The notes beneath the pieces are model-generated. The model was given only the letters and a program-made list of their open reading frames with translations, made no database searches and was not told the origin of the DNA. A stretch of DNA of 63,969 nucleotides, filler included, from Folioceros fuciformis (lineage: Eukaryota): the NCBI GenBank assembly GCA_049999805.1. It is 7 parts of 7 records of this genome, joined end to end, with 100 filler letters (N's around TTAATTAATTAA, not from the genome) between each part and the next. Parts side by side here need not be neighbours in the genome. Positions count along the whole stretch, not along the records: positions 1 to 29,867 come from JBNGIO010005894.1; positions 29,968 to 45,131 come from JBNGIO010005895.1; 5 more parts are not named here. One strand, 5' to 3'. This document shows positions 22,756 through 35,849 of the stretch, piece by piece (position 1 is the first letter of the stretch; each line of letters begins with the position of its first letter). A program made the translations under genes and the position numbers.

Positions 22756-23390
22756 TTGCTTGATGCTCTCTACTTTCTACTACAATTGCTCAATGCTCTC
22801 TATTGTTATCTATTGTCATTTCGTGATGCTCTCTACTCTCTATTATAGTTGCTCAATGCTCTTATTCTTGCTTGATGCTCTCTACTCTCTACTAGATGCT
22901 CTCTATTGTTGTTCATTTCTACTCTCTACTCTCTATTGTGGTTGCTCAATGCTCTTCATTACTCTCTATTGTTCCTTCTTGATGCTCTTTACTCTCTACT
23001 CTCTATTGTTGTTGCTCAATGCTCTCTATTGTTGTTGCTCGATACGCTCTACTCACTACTCTCTATTGTCTATTCATTCTCTCTACTGTTGTTGCTTGAT
23101 GCTCCCTATTCTTGTTACTTGATGCTTTCTACTATTGTTTGCTCGATGCTCTCTATTGTTGTTGCTAGGTGCTCTCTACTACCGTTCTTGTTCGTTGCTC
23201 TCTATTGTCGTTGATGGATGCTCTTTGTTAGAGTTGCTATTCATTGTTCTCTTCTCTCTACTTTGCTAGATGCTCTCTACTCTCTACTTTGCTATATGCT
23301 TTTACTCTCTAGTATTTATTTGTTGGATGCTCTCTCTACTTACTCTATTGTGCTTGATGCTCTCTAATCTTTATTTTGTTGGATGCTCTC
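22754..23390. repeat. Low-complexity minisatellite (ATGCTCTCTATTGTTGTTGCTTG-like units); a smaller block lies at 21915-22008
   Basis: Many degenerate ATGCTCTCTA(C/T)T units. Confidence 0.85.
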
Positions 23391-23929
23391 TGTTAGATTG
23401 ATAACCTCTTAGGATTAATTATACATACTTAAACATACTTTATTTAGGGTACCTACCCTATTTGTATATGTGTTCATTTGTGTTCTTTTAAGTTAGCTGA
23501 ACATTACATTTTGTTTTGGTGCTTCTTTCCCTCTTACATGAAGAAAAGTTTTATAAAAAAAGAGGAGAGATCGTTAGATGCACGGACACCTTATATACAT
23601 CCGGCAGTTAGGGTTCCAAGCTTTAGGACATATTGTATTTGGTTATTTACATATAATTCTATTTACATGTTTACTTTATATGCTGCAGCTAGACTATACT
23701 ATTTCTATCTAAATTTTTCTACTCCCACTTAGGCTAGTTGCAGCATACATATCTCGTCTTCACGCTTCACGTTGAACAATCAGCTTCATATCTGCAGAAA
23801 ATAAATTCCTTAACTCGATTTTTGCTCTTCGACTGCTCCAATCCCTAGTGCTTTCATATGTTTCTAGTGTGCTTCTTTTGCAAGTGCCTTTGTCAATTGA
23901 TCTACCATATTGTCACTTGTACTAACTAG

Positions 23930-25050
23930 ATGGCCGAGAGAGGCTCTTGGTGCCAGCGGAGAAAGTCAAGCGGGTACTGGCGGGGTTATATGAGGGAGAA
24001 GCAGGGGGGGGCACTTTCATGCACACATCACCTGCAAGAAGTTGCTGGAAATGGGCTACTGGTGGCCGACAATGTACAAGGACACAGCGGCATACGTCAA
24101 GAAATGTGACACGTGCCAGAGAGTGGGCAAACCAACCGCGATGACGCAATGGCCCTTAATTCCCATTATGGCTTTAGCCCCATTTGAAAAATGGGGGATT
24201 GACTTCGTGGGGCCTATCTAGCCGAGGACCAAGGTCAGGCAGAATCAGTTCATCTTGGTTGCAACGGATTATTGCACGAGGATGATGGAGGCACAGCCCC
24301 TTCACGTGGATACAGCTCAGGTGGTAGCTAAATTTTTGTTTGAACAGATGACTGCCTGCTATGGGTACCCCTTGAAGTTGGTAAGCGATCGGGGAATCCA
24401 TTTTTTCAACGAGGTAATCACCCACATGGCGGAACATTTCAATGTGCAACACCGACGGACGACTCCCTATAACCTGAAGGCCAACGGATTCACAGAGAAG
24501 GCAAATGGTATCCTTTGCCGAATCTTGAACAAACTGACGGTGAAGTACGCCTACGACTGGGACCTCAAACTCTACTCGGCATTATGGGCGTACAGGACAT
24601 TGCAACGGATTACGACATAGAGAACGCCCTACTACCTCACCCATGGGCACCATCCAGTGATGCCAGTAGAATTTGAAGTTCCAACCCTGCGCATCCAGAG
24701 GGAGAAACGAATGTCAGTGGAAGAGAGTCAGCTAGAGCGGTTGGTCAGTTTTGTGAGGCACGCTGAGAACCGGGAACAGGCGATGGAGACCATGCAGGAA
24801 ATGCAAGCTAAACGTAAGGAATGGCATGATCGCAGTTTCAAGAAGCAAGAATGGGTGGTTCCCGGGGATTTGGGTTTGCATAACAGGTACATGCATTTCC
24901 CGGGAAAACTGCATCTGAGGTGGATGGGGCCATACCGGGTGATCGAAGTTTTTACTAACGGGTCCATACAGCTACAGTAGTTGGACGGCCACCTCCTGCC
25001 AACCAGAGTCAATGGCTGGCAAGTGAAGAAATACCATGCTTAGGTTGGTG
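23930..25050 (+). mobile_element. Ty3/gypsy integrase remnant (non-chromovirus, Athila/Tat-like)
   Basis: GGHF...GYWWPTMYKD...CDTCQR zinc-binding region, PFEKWGIDFVGP, LVSDRGIHF, TPYNLKANG, LWAYRT, KLHLRWMGPYRV (GPY/F). Confidence 0.88.
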
Positions 25051-25429
25051 AGGACGCCAACAAATGAGAAGGGGAGTATGTAGAGGAAAAAAATGTTCAG
25101 GAACCGCTTTCTCGGCGTCAGAAGATGTCGACTTTGTTTTTTTTGGTGTAAACAGGTAAGCAAACCGGCCTAGTAAGTATGAATGTGAGTATATTTATAC
25201 ATAAAGACTCCTTGGCCTATGGCATTTTGGGCAACCTATGGTAGTGGAGTTGGGTGTCGAGATGAGCAGGTTGGCCCTTGGCCTATGGTATGAAGGGTCT
25301 TGCAGGAAGTTTATATATGCACCCCCCCCTTACCTTCAAAATAAAGAAATAAGGTAGGAACTCGGCATAGGTAGTTATGGACTTAGGCTAGGAAATCGGA
25401 GTGTAGTGGCTTAGTGACGATGGCTGAAG

Positions 25430-26046
25430 CTGAGCCACCATCGCGGAAAATCGGACGGCAACCTCGATAGTGGAGCTCGACAACCTGGTAAGGATAAAAC
25501 CCAGAAGGGCAAAAGGTCAAGTGCCATTTTTAGGAACGCAATTGGGTGAACAACCAAGGTAGACGAGGCGGGTGGAGCGCAACAACAGAGCAGCTCAGGC
25601 AAGAGCCGAGGACAACAGGTTGGGGGCGCGCGCGGCGGCAGCGGCTAAGCTACGGGAGCAGTTACCACGCTTGAAGGAGATGGCGCGAGAGGAAAAGCCT
25701 GCACAATTAGCAGCAGCGGAGGGCACTTTGGGGCAAACCCCAACGCCGAAGGTAGAGACAGCCTTCTGGCTAAACATGGAGCACTAACGCGCAAGGGATG
25801 GCGGGCTGGTGGAGGAGTTTAGCCTGGGCTTTATGGCTCAACGCTGGAACCATGCAGCTCCAGGGCTGGTGCAGGAGTGTGCCCAGCACTTGCGGAGTCC
25901 GCGCAAAGAAGGAGCTATCCAGAGGAACCCACATGAGTGGAACCTAGATTTGGTGAGGAGAGTATACGGGCACAGTCTAGAAGAGGAAGGAGGTTTGGTC
26001 CTCAAGACGCCGAGGAAGAAGAGCATGGTGACCACGGGACAGACGT
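25430..26046 (+). pseudogene. Degenerate additional ORF downstream of the gypsy integrase, interrupted by copia copy 3
   Basis: Same-frame ORFs 25572-25787 and 25809-26051 separated by one stop; GLVQECAQHL...WNLDLVRRVYG loosely resembles Athila-type accessory ORFs. Confidence 0.35.
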
Positions 26047-29000
26047 TGTAGGGTTATTAAAGCCCAATGTGCTTAGACTAATGTGTTTAGTCTAAGATTA
26101 GTGTCTAGTTAAGTATCATTAGTTTAGATTAGCTTAAGCTAATCTATAGGAAGCTTCTTGCGCAGCTTCCTGTGCGCTTCTTGTGAAGCTTCCTAGGGAG
26201 CTCTTCTAGAGGGTATAAATACCCCCTTGAGCTCCCTTGCTATTGAGACTCATTGTGAGAGTGTGACCTCTCTTTCTCCTCTCCTCCTTCACCATGTAGC
26301 TCCTATAGAGATCCTACAAGTGGTATCAGAGCTTGGTGTGGAGCTTGGTTTTGTGGAGCAACAAGGCGTGTGGTATGGAGGAGTGGGCTGCGAAGCCTGG
26401 TCAAGGCGCTGTTGCCTTGTTCGCGCACATGGCAGTGTGTAAATCCTAGCAACGCGGAGCATCGAGGAGGGCGCCACAGTGCCACCCCGCAGCTCGAGGT
26501 GCTACCCCAGAGCGGGTGCAGAAGGGCGTGGGCAGGTGCAGCGGACAGGCCGCCGGGGCGCAACGAGGGCCGCCGGGGCATAGGAGGGCGCCGTGCCGCC
26601 AGGCTCGCATCCTGGCGTCATGGAGGACGCCAGGATGCCGCCGGGGTGCCAGGTCCCCCCAGGCGGGGGGGTGCCAGGCCGGCAAGCCACCCAGGGCGCC
26701 AAGGGCCATGAAGGTGCCCCCGTCGAGGGCGCCTGACCCTGGGTGCCAACCGATCGAGTCCGCTGGGCGTTGGCCCTCTGAATCATCGGGCTTGGGCCTC
26801 ACCAGATTGTGGGGCGTCGCCGGAGCGTGGGCGTCACGGCCGCCGAGCGCCGGTGAGCGAATGCCGCATTGCGGTCACCAAAGTGCCGACGCCGAGAGCA
26901 AGAGTGCGGGCACCGAACCGATCCCAGCCACGAAAGTCAAGATCTCGATCGGACAACGGGAGATATTCCACTTGTGAGCGACCGAAGCCTAAATTCTGGA
27001 CAGCTGTTTCGTTTTAAGGGTAACTTTTTACATTTCGACCACTTTGTAACTAGCCTTTTGGTTGATTTGCATCGACTTTGAAACATGACGTCCTCGGGAA
27101 ATGTCATGTTCAATATCGAGAAGTTAGACGGTACTAACTTCCCATTCTGGAAAGAACAAGTATATAATGTTCTAGTACAGAAGAAGCAGATCAAGCCCAT
27201 CAAGCTACTAGGAGTGAAACCTGTTAGCATGACTCAGGATGAGTGGCAGGATGTAAAAGGTAGCCTGTTAACAGAGGAGGTGAACAAGAAGAATATGGAA
27301 CCCTTGAAAGATTCCAATGCCCTCATGATGAGCGGAAGGTCCACTTCAAAGGGGAAGGACAAGGAGCGAAGTCTTTCCCATAGTAAGTCTCACAGTTGTA
27401 ACAATGTTGAGTGTTACCATTGTCACAAGAAAGGTCACCTCAGAAGGGATTGCAAGAAATTCAAGAAAGGACAAAGAAAAGAAAAAGAAGCAGAGCGACA
27501 ACAAGGCAAGTCCGAGTGTCAAGCATGACGAGGTGAACTCTGTTGATGATGGAGATGTTCTTACCTCTTCTTCCTTCAATTGTGCACAACTGACAGCCGT
27601 GGAGAGTCACTTATTCTCTAATTGGATAATTGACTCTAGAGCATCTTTCCATATTACTCCGCATAGGGAGTGGTTTAGCACCTATGATGCTACTAGGAAA
27701 GGATGTGTTCGGCTTGGAAATAACTATGCATGCGAGATTGCAGGCGTTGGTGATGTGCAGCTGAAGTTCGACAATGGATCTTCATTCGCACTGAAGGATG
27801 TTAAGCATGTTCCGAAGTTGACCAAAAACATGATTAGCACAGGGCAGTTGGATGACGCTGGCTACCACTGTTGGTTTGGAGATCATTCTTGGAAGATCTC
27901 CAAAGGTTCTTTTGTGTTAGCTCGTGGATCGAAGTGTGGCACTTTGTACTCACTTCATGTAACCATTGTCAAGGAGCATGTGATTTGTGTCACGGAACAG
28001 CCAAGTGTTTCCTCGTGGCATAGTCGGTTAGGACATATGTCTAAAAAAGGAATGAAGATCCTATCTTGTTTTGGTCATGTCCTTGCTTTTGACTTCTCTG
28101 ATGTCTCCGTGTGTGAGCACTGTTTGTATAAGAAATAGACGAAGTCACCACATGGAGCAAGAGGTAAACACAAAAGTAAACCTCTTGAGTTGGTTCACAG
28201 TGACGTTTGTAGACCTATGCCCGCTGTATCGTTAGGCGGTGCATCTTATTTTGTCACTTTCATAGATGATTTCTCACGCAAGGTGTGGGTTTATCCTTTG
28301 AGGAGAAAGGATGATGTTCTGACAGTGTTTCAGAAATTCATCACCCTTGTGGAGAATCAATTTGGCCTCCGACTGAAGTGTCTAAGGACAGACAATGGGG
28401 GAGAGTATGTTTCGAAGGCTTTCCAGTCATTCTGTGATTCCAAGGGAATCAAGAGAGAATTGACTGCGCCGTATACTCCTCCCTAGCATGGTGTGGCTGA
28501 ACGGATGAACAGAACCATCTAGGAGAGGATGCGTAGTTTGTTGTCAAACTCTGTATTGCCTAATAGATTTTGGGCAGAAGCAGTGGTTACTGCGGTGCAT
28601 CTTATTAACAGATCTCGTAATAGGGCTGTGGATGAACAGGTTCCAAAGGAGATGTGGTCTGGAAAGAAGCTATCATACAAGCATCTACGAGTGTTTGGCT
28701 GTGAGGCATACTACCATGTTCTGAAGGAGTTTCGGGACAAGTTGGCACCCAAGTCCAAGAAATGTATTTTTCTTGGCTATGGTGAGTCTGGTGAGATGGG
28801 ATATCGTCTATGGGATCTAGAGGCCAAGAAAATGGTTCGCAGCAATGACGTGTTCTTCAATGAGGCCAAGATGCACAAGAAGCCTACTCCAACTGTGGAG
28901 GTGCGACAGGCGGTCTTCCAAGAAGATGGACTTGACCGTCCCACGCAGGTTGAACGTCGTGATGTGCAGGAACCAATTCCTCCACTTGTAGAAGAGGAGA

Positions 29001-29506
29001 GAGTGCAACCAACTCCGGTCGAGGCGCCATTGCTTTGTAGGTCAGAAAGGATTTCACGTCCTCCTGACATGTATGTCGCATCTCTTGATTATGTCATGCT
29101 GACGGATTGTGGGGAGCCCTCTTGTTATGAAGAGGCCATGTCAGTGACTAATAAGGACAAGTGGGAGAAGGCAATGCAGTCGCAGAAGGGTTCGCTCCAT
29201 AAAAACCAAACTTGGGAGTTGGTTCGGTTGCCTAGGGGCAAGAAGGCGTTGCCATGCAAATGGGTGTATAAGATGAAGGACATACCCCATTATGGCAAAC
29301 CCAAGTACAAGGCACGATTGGTTGCTAAGGGTTTTAAGCAACAGCAAGGTATTGACTTTGATGAGATTTTCTCGCTAGTTGTCAAAATGACCACCTTGCG
29401 ATGTGTTCTAGGTCAAGTTGCGAGACACGACATGGAAATTATCCAGATGGATGTGAAGTCGGCATGGTGATCTCCTGCAAGAGGTATACATGGAGCAACC
29501 AGAGGG
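26047..29506 (+). mobile_element. Ty1/copia family A, copy 3 (5' LTR 26047-26318, PBS 26321-26332, gag ATG 27085 with internal deletion, truncated in RT)
   Basis: LTR homologous to 14099-14369; perfect PBS TGGTATCAGAGC; CYHCHKKGHLRRDC, integrase, [11 protein letters not shown]. Confidence 0.93.
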
Positions 29507-29867
29507 ATGCTTCAGATCAAGAATTTTATCTTCTATTGCCTTACGAATGAAATGCTGCTTTACATCTATATGCCTTGTTCGAGAATGTGCCACAGGATTC
29601 TTAGCAATGGCTCTCGCCAACTGATTATCGCACCAGATACACAAGGGTACTTTCTGCTCATATCCAAATGTGCCCAGCAGGGACCTCATATGCATTACCT
29701 CTTGAGCTGCAGAAGTAACAGCAGAATATTCGGCCTCTGTCGATGATAGGGCAACGACTGACGGCTTCTTGGATGACCTACTCACCAGGTTTCCACTTGC
29801 TTAACACAAAACGCCGAGATTGATCTTCTTGTGTCCTTATCTGATGCCCAATCTGAATTTGCATAAC
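29507..29867 (-). mobile_element. Inverted RNase H fragment of a different copia element
   Basis: SSKKPSVVALSSTEAEY...CDNQ...HSRTRHIDVKQHFIR on the minus strand, abutting copy 3 RT. Confidence 0.8.
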
Positions 29868-29967
29868 NNNNNNNNNNNNNNNNNNNNNNNNNNNNNNNNN
29901 NNNNNNNNNNNTTAATTAATTAANNNNNNNNNNNNNNNNNNNNNNNNNNNNNNNNNNNNNNNNNNNN
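29868..29967. other. Artificial contig spacer (44 N + TTAATTAATTAA + 44 N); the same spacer occurs at 45132-45231, 53557-53656, 56738-56837, 61470-61569 and 62810-62909
   Basis: Identical 100-nt construct with stops in all frames repeated six times. Confidence 0.97.
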
Positions 29968-30743
29968 GAGATCTGAAATCAGGCAAGCTTGTCCATGAGG
30001 ATGTCTTAAACTGTCAGGCTGAGTCCAATCTGTTTGTTGGCAGCGCTCTCATACACATGTTTGCAAATGGTGGGAGTTTGGAGGACGCCCACCAAGTATT
30101 TGAAAGGGTGTCCACAAGGAACGTTGTCATTTGGAATGTGATGATAGCAGGATATGCTCAATATGGGCTTGGTGTGAAAGCCCTGGAGTTGTACAAAACG
30201 ATGCTCGAGGAGGGCTTGTCACCAAATGACGTCACATATGTAAGCATACTAAAAGCGTGTGGCAGCATAGGAGCCTTGCAGGATGGCAAACAGATCCATG
30301 CTCAGATCCTTGCCGAGGGACTCCATGCTAGTGTCTTCATTGGGAGGTCCCTGATGAACATGTACAGGAAATGTGGGAGCTTGCGGGATGTGCAAATATT
30401 ATTTGATGGACGGGTGAACAACAATGTGGTTACATGGAGGTCCATGATCGCAAGAAATGCTCAACATGGGCTTGGGCGTGACGCCCTTCGGCTTTACTCG
30501 AGAATGCAGGAAGATGGCAGTGTGCCAGAACTCATAACATTTGTCAGCATTCTAAAGGCTTGTGCAAGCGTTGGAGCCATGCAAGATGGCAAGCAGATAC
30601 ATCGTCAAATTTTGAAACGGGGACTTGGAGGGGATGCGCTTGTTGGAAGTGCCTTGATGAACATGTATGTGGAGTGCGATGACATAGATGATGCTCGAAT
30701 TGTATTTGATGGATTGTCAGAAAGAGATGTGGTGACGTGGACC
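29968..30743 (+). pseudogene. PLS-class PPR fragment (first copy, 5' end cut by the contig edge)
   Basis: P/L/S motifs RNVVIWNVMIAGYAQ, TYVSILKAC, VFIGRSLMNMYRKCG. Confidence 0.85.
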
Positions 30744-30789
30744 GTAACTCTTGCCTTCAAATTAGGAGTTAAAGCCCGGCTCGCCTGGA

Positions 30790-31617
30790 TGTGCCAAGCA
30801 GTAGCAGAATTTGAGAAGAGGTTGCCTTCCGATGGCTGGGCGAATGATGAAAGTAAGGTCTCACAAAACTCATACACAGAAGATTGCAAGTCAGAGAGTT
30901 TCCTGCAACGTTTGGAGCACGGGCTGCCGGTAATACCCGGTTCTCTGTTCACCAGGATTTACGTGGTTTCCCTCTTGCCAGGCTCTACTAGAAGCCTGAG
31001 GATATTCCCAGTGGAAGCAGTGCTGGTAGTGTAGAAGAGAGCTATTATCTCGAAACGACCTTGGACTCCGCAGACCGACAATTTGGTGAAAGAGTTAGTT
31101 TCAGTGACCCCAGACATTTTGGCAAAGGTTGATCACGCCTGCTACGTTGGAGCAGGTAGAAGCCCATCTACGCCAGAAAGAAGGAGAACTGGCATCATAC
31201 ATGGCCCGACTGGTCTGTATCTCAACGGCTGTTTTTGGTAGTGAAAGTGCTCCAGCCAGGTCTGGAGTCAGGGTCGCTAGGTCTGGAGTAAGCAGGAATC
31301 TCATGCTCTTGTTTGGTACTTCAGTTATCGCTCTTGTTATCTTGTTGGTTCACTTTCTACTCCTTGGTGCAGAATTCTTTGGGAAGTACTCGGAACTCAC
31401 TGGCAGACGAGCTTGTGAAGCTCACCACACAGGGACGTTCGGTTTCAGAATGTGGACTAGGCTGCTTCGCGCACTTGATGAAATTTAGCCTCAGCATCTG
31501 CAGTGTGAACACTATGGTCTGGAGGCACCTTCACTACCAGCATTGCGCGCTGAGTTTGATTCACTCCGCCGTCGACACACGTCAGCTTTGGAACTCATGG
31601 GGGAACGTGATGAAGAG
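30790..31617 (+). pseudogene. Intron-containing 3' fragment of a golgin candidate 5 / TMF1-like gene (second copy 41593-42420)
   Basis: SAGSVEESYYLETTLDS, ITP..EAHLRQKEGELASYMARL, RNSLADELVKLT and LRAEFDSLRRRHTSALELMGERDEE match the plant GC5 C-terminus; donor at 31433 reads GG; last exon not found. Confidence 0.8.
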
Positions 31618-33671
31618 GTAATCTACGTTGCAGACAGTGGCCGCAATTGAACCTTCCGGATGAGTGTGACACTCGTCTGTTCCCAGTTGTCACAAGCTAA
31701 GAATGATGTGGCATGTGCTCAGTGCTACCTGGAAGACGAATCCACACATAATTCCCTCTGCTCCTCCAGAAGCCATTATGGTGGCGCCGCCTGCACCTCT
31801 TGTCATGATGATTAAAGGCCTCGACATACCGGAAGGGTACTGACGAACGCAGTCAACTGGTGTTCATAGAGGTTCTGGAAGCTTACCTTGCCATATGTGA
31901 GTTCATAGTGTTGAGGTGTAGAATGTCCACGTAACAGGAGTAGGGCCGGTTGTACAAAACTGTTCTACTTTCCTATGAACAGTATGAGCCTTCTCCTCGG
32001 AAGTCGTTGGCTATGGGGCGGCTGATGACGCCAGCGACTCCAAGACGACAACGCCCTTGAAGGTCGATTTGATGAATTTATCGTTGCTTCTGTGGACTGT
32101 AGGGCTTCAGTGCCAAGCTGGGATGCGAACCATACTGTTGGACATGTATGAATATATCACTCGATTCAGTGGATAGAGAATCTACCAAGTAACAACGCAA
32201 AGTGCCTGGTGTTGTACTGTAGCTGCAATCTGTGTCGGAACAAGTACTCGAACCCGTGTAAGAACATGGGAGCTTCCAGGTGAATCTGTGAGAGTGCAGT
32301 TCCCTTGACAAACGTTATCCCTTGGGCACCATGAAGACGTTCGAGTGATGGAGGCCATTCTCGCAAGTGCTTACTCCATATGAAACATTTACGCGCACAA
32401 CTCGGAGGTGGGTAACCTGGTGTGTCTCTGTTGCGCGGTGGCACCGAGCAGGCAGAAATTCAGAAGCCTCGTGGCGCCGCATTCAGCCCACCTCTTGTAC
32501 GAGTCCGCTGTCCAGCGTGAAGCATGAGGTGGCGCCTCGTCGGCGACGCGGGAAGGCAGACCGGTTGCGCGTGGCGAATGCGTCCCCAGTCTGCTAACGA
32601 GGAGGCCAGCTCTATCTGCTGGCGCCCTGCGAATCGCAACTTCGCTTCCCAAACGTCCCGAACAAAACAAAACCCTGAACGCCGTAGGGCATGGTAGCAC
32701 CACCCCCAGTGGCGGTAGCGGTCGGAACCCACCGTCCCCATTGGGTACTGCATAGCACGCTTAGGATCTGCACAGGAGATAGCGGTTCGCTCTGTTCACT
32801 GCACGTGTCATCGCTGGAAGATGAGCTTGCTAAAGTGAGCTCCCTTGCCGCACGCGTAGCTTCCACAACCCCTTCAGCTGCCACTTTGTTTGGAATAGTA
32901 TGGATTCTTCCCTAGTTCCGCAAGGACCGGATCCGGAGGACGATGAACGATGAACATCAGTATCTCAGATGCGTCAGTTGAGCTGGCCGTTGAGAATCCA
33001 GAAGCTGTCTCATCGCTGGAAGATGAGCTTGCTACAGTGAGTTCCCTTGCCGCATGCTTTAGCTTCCACGACTCCTCGGCCGCCCGTTTGACTAATTTTG
33101 CGTTAGCTCCGCTAGGATCATAGCCGGCGACGTTCAATGACAAACGTCAGCGTTTCAAATGCGTCAGTTGCGCTGGCGTCGCGAATCCGGAGCCTTAGGG
33201 CTTGAAAGGTGGCCTTTTTCAGCGGGACTTCAGGTTTATCGGCAGACCACCCTGTCTTGGCAGAGGACAAATTCTGGAACCGGCAAAGGACCTAGCTGAA
33301 ACTGATGTAAGGGTTTTATTACAAAGGTTCTTCAATATACAAGAAGGGTGAGTGACTTGATATTCACTAGCCAGTGCATCCGAGAAACACGTGCACATCC
33401 ACCTCCCACTACAGTAATTACGATCTAAGATTGATGTACCACGCACCTTCTGATCTGTGATGTGGTGATGGCTTCCTGGAGCCCAGAGTGAGCTAACGAG
33501 CTACGAACAACCACAGACTGTACAGAACCACCTCAGCCAGCCACACAGGACGGTCTTCAGAATCTGCTGGATGAACGGACGGTCTTCAGAATCTGCTGGA
33601 TGAACTGCCATCGTCGCTGCATCCTGACTATCCTTCGCAGATGTCTTCACTTGCTCTACAGATTTCATGAT

Positions 33672-35575
33672 TCACTCATACAGGTGGGAAGGTAAACGAG
33701 GCAGAGGGTTAGCCAGAAGAGGCTTGGCTCGAGGCAAGGTTAGGCCAAACTTCTCCTCCATATCCAACTCATCAGGTGCCTGACCCTGTGGCAGAGACCA
33801 ATCAAAGCTGTGCACCAGCCTCGCAAGAGAGTATTGCACCATAATCAGCCCCATGTGTATTCCAGGGCAAGATCGCCGCCCGGAGCCAAAAGGGAGCAGC
33901 TGGAAGTGCTGGCCTCGCACGTCGATGTCGCAGTTGAGGAATCTGTCAGGTTGAAATTCCAGCGGGTTCTCCCACACGTCGGGCTGCCGGGAGATGCTCC
34001 ACACGTTCACGAAGGCGGTGGTCCCGGGAGGGATGTAGAAGCCCCCCACCTCGCAAGCCTCGCTGCTCACATGTGGAACCAGTAACGGCGCGACTGGATG
34101 AAGGCGGAATGTTTCCTTGACCACAGCCTGTAAGTAGGGAAGGTTTGCGAGATCGGATTCTGTCACCACCCTCTCTTTTCCTACAACCTCGTCCAGCTCT
34201 TGGTACAGTTTCTGTAGAGTCTGGGGATTTCGGAGCAGTTCTGACAAGCCCCACTCCATTGTGATGCTAGATGTGTCCGTGCCGGCAGTGATCACGCTCT
34301 GCACAACATGCACAAACGATGTTCAGGGAACACTGAACAGTGTACTAATGCATCAAACATCCTCGACTGAACTGGACTGGACGTAAGCTTTTTAACATGA
34401 GGTGTACCATGGCCAGAGCCTTCATGACAACCTCCTCCATATGTGGAGCACCGTCTTCTCCAGGTAGGGAGAGCAAGATATCGACGTAGTTCCTGGCTTC
34501 GTGGTCATTCCTGGTCTGCCTATGCTCCTCGAGCACTGCTGTCAGGAAGGAGTCAAATCGCTGGTGAACTCGGCGCATTCTCTTCTCGTAGTTCATAATT
34601 CGGTCCAGGAAGGCCAAGGATGGGATGACATCTCCTATCAAGGAAACTCCATTCAGGAAAAAGAGTTCCTGGACCAGACTTCTAAATTCTTCGGCCAAGT
34701 CCTGCCCAGGAATTCGCAGGCTCAGAATAACATAACGCCGGCGAGCGAGATTCGTCCGTTAATTGGGACCAATTACGTACCTTTTCATCCCCTTTGTCGG
34801 ATTGACAGGATTTGGTGTAAGAGAAGAACTTTGTGCTCATCAAGATACGTGTCATTACGTTCATGGTGAGGAAAAACGTCCTTTGCTTCAAGTCCACTAG
34901 TGGGGACCTCTGACTGTCCTCCAGGATGGACTTCACCATTCTGGCCATCTCCTCATCCCTCACAGACTGGAACTGCTGAACCCGCTTCGCACTTAGAAGC
35001 TCGGAATTTGCAACCCTCCTGCGTTCCAATGTATCATGCATATGCAGCGGTAGCCAACGCAGCACACGTATGGACTAGAGCAGGTGTTTGGAATTCGATC
35101 GACCTGGTCGCTGGAACAGGTCCTACTGAACCAGCACGATGATCAGAATCGTGAATACTGACCTAAGAAATCTCCAGTGTGAGTTGTAAGATGCGAAGCC
35201 CATGGTGTTCTCCCCGTACGCCATGGCATCCTTGGCAGTCGTGGAGCGGCGGTTTGCGAACTCCCGGTCCTGAGTCTTGAGCACCTCTTTTGCCATCTCC
35301 GGAGAGGACACAACGATCGCCAGCCTCGACCCCAGCCGCAATGACATGATGGGGCCATACTGTCGGGCTAAGCGGTGTAGCTCCTCGTGCGGATGGCTGG
35401 AAGTTACAAGAAGGAAAAGGTTGCCGAAAACTGGCACCCCTGGCGGGCCGGGCGGTAGCCTCTCCTTCTGCCTGCTGCTCTGCTTCCAACGCTGCAGCAA
35501 CACAGCCAGCGCCGCCAGTACTAGCGCCAGGTACAACAACCAGTCCTTCAGATCGTGGGCCACGTACTCAGCCAT
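33672..35575 (-). CDS. Cytochrome P450, CYP71 clan (A-type), 4 exons (35575-35163, 35018-34781, 34701-34408, 34298-33672)
   Basis: Membrane anchor + LPPGPPG, AGTDTSS I-helix, KETFRLHP, PDRF, heme motif PFGSGRRSCPG; GT-AG introns in frame, no stops. Confidence 0.93.
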
Positions 35576-35849
35576 CTCCCTAGCTGCAGAGCTTCAAAAT
35601 GGTTTATGCGGTCCACGAGCCATTGACGATCAAACATGGGAAGGGATTCGAGGACGTACAGGGGGCCGTACAGCAGTTTCCACTACAGCCGTACAGCCAC
35701 CTGGACGCACGCCCACCAATCCATCTTCTTTTTGTTCATGGGATTGCCAACAAAGTATTATGCACAAGGCCATCAGCCTCAAACACAATCCCATCGTGCA
35801 TGTACACACAATAGCTTCTTTTCCTTCAATTCTTGATATCTAGGCTTAT

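Noticed and set aside
20760-23214. Leu/Cys/Tyr-rich hydrophobic ORFs suggesting membrane proteins
   Set aside because: Translations of T-rich LTR fragments and minisatellite
29912-29923. Recurring TTAATTAATTAA palindrome (six times) as a biological motif
   Set aside because: Always centred in exactly 44+44 Ns; it is an all-frame-stop spacer added when contigs were concatenated
30744-31034. C-terminal 96 aa of the PPR ORF as a novel editing domain
   Set aside because: Read-through into the GC5 fragment and its intron; no E/DYW motifs
33548-33605. 29-bp tandem duplication downstream of the P450
   Set aside because: Simple slippage duplication in 3' flanking DNA with no further structure
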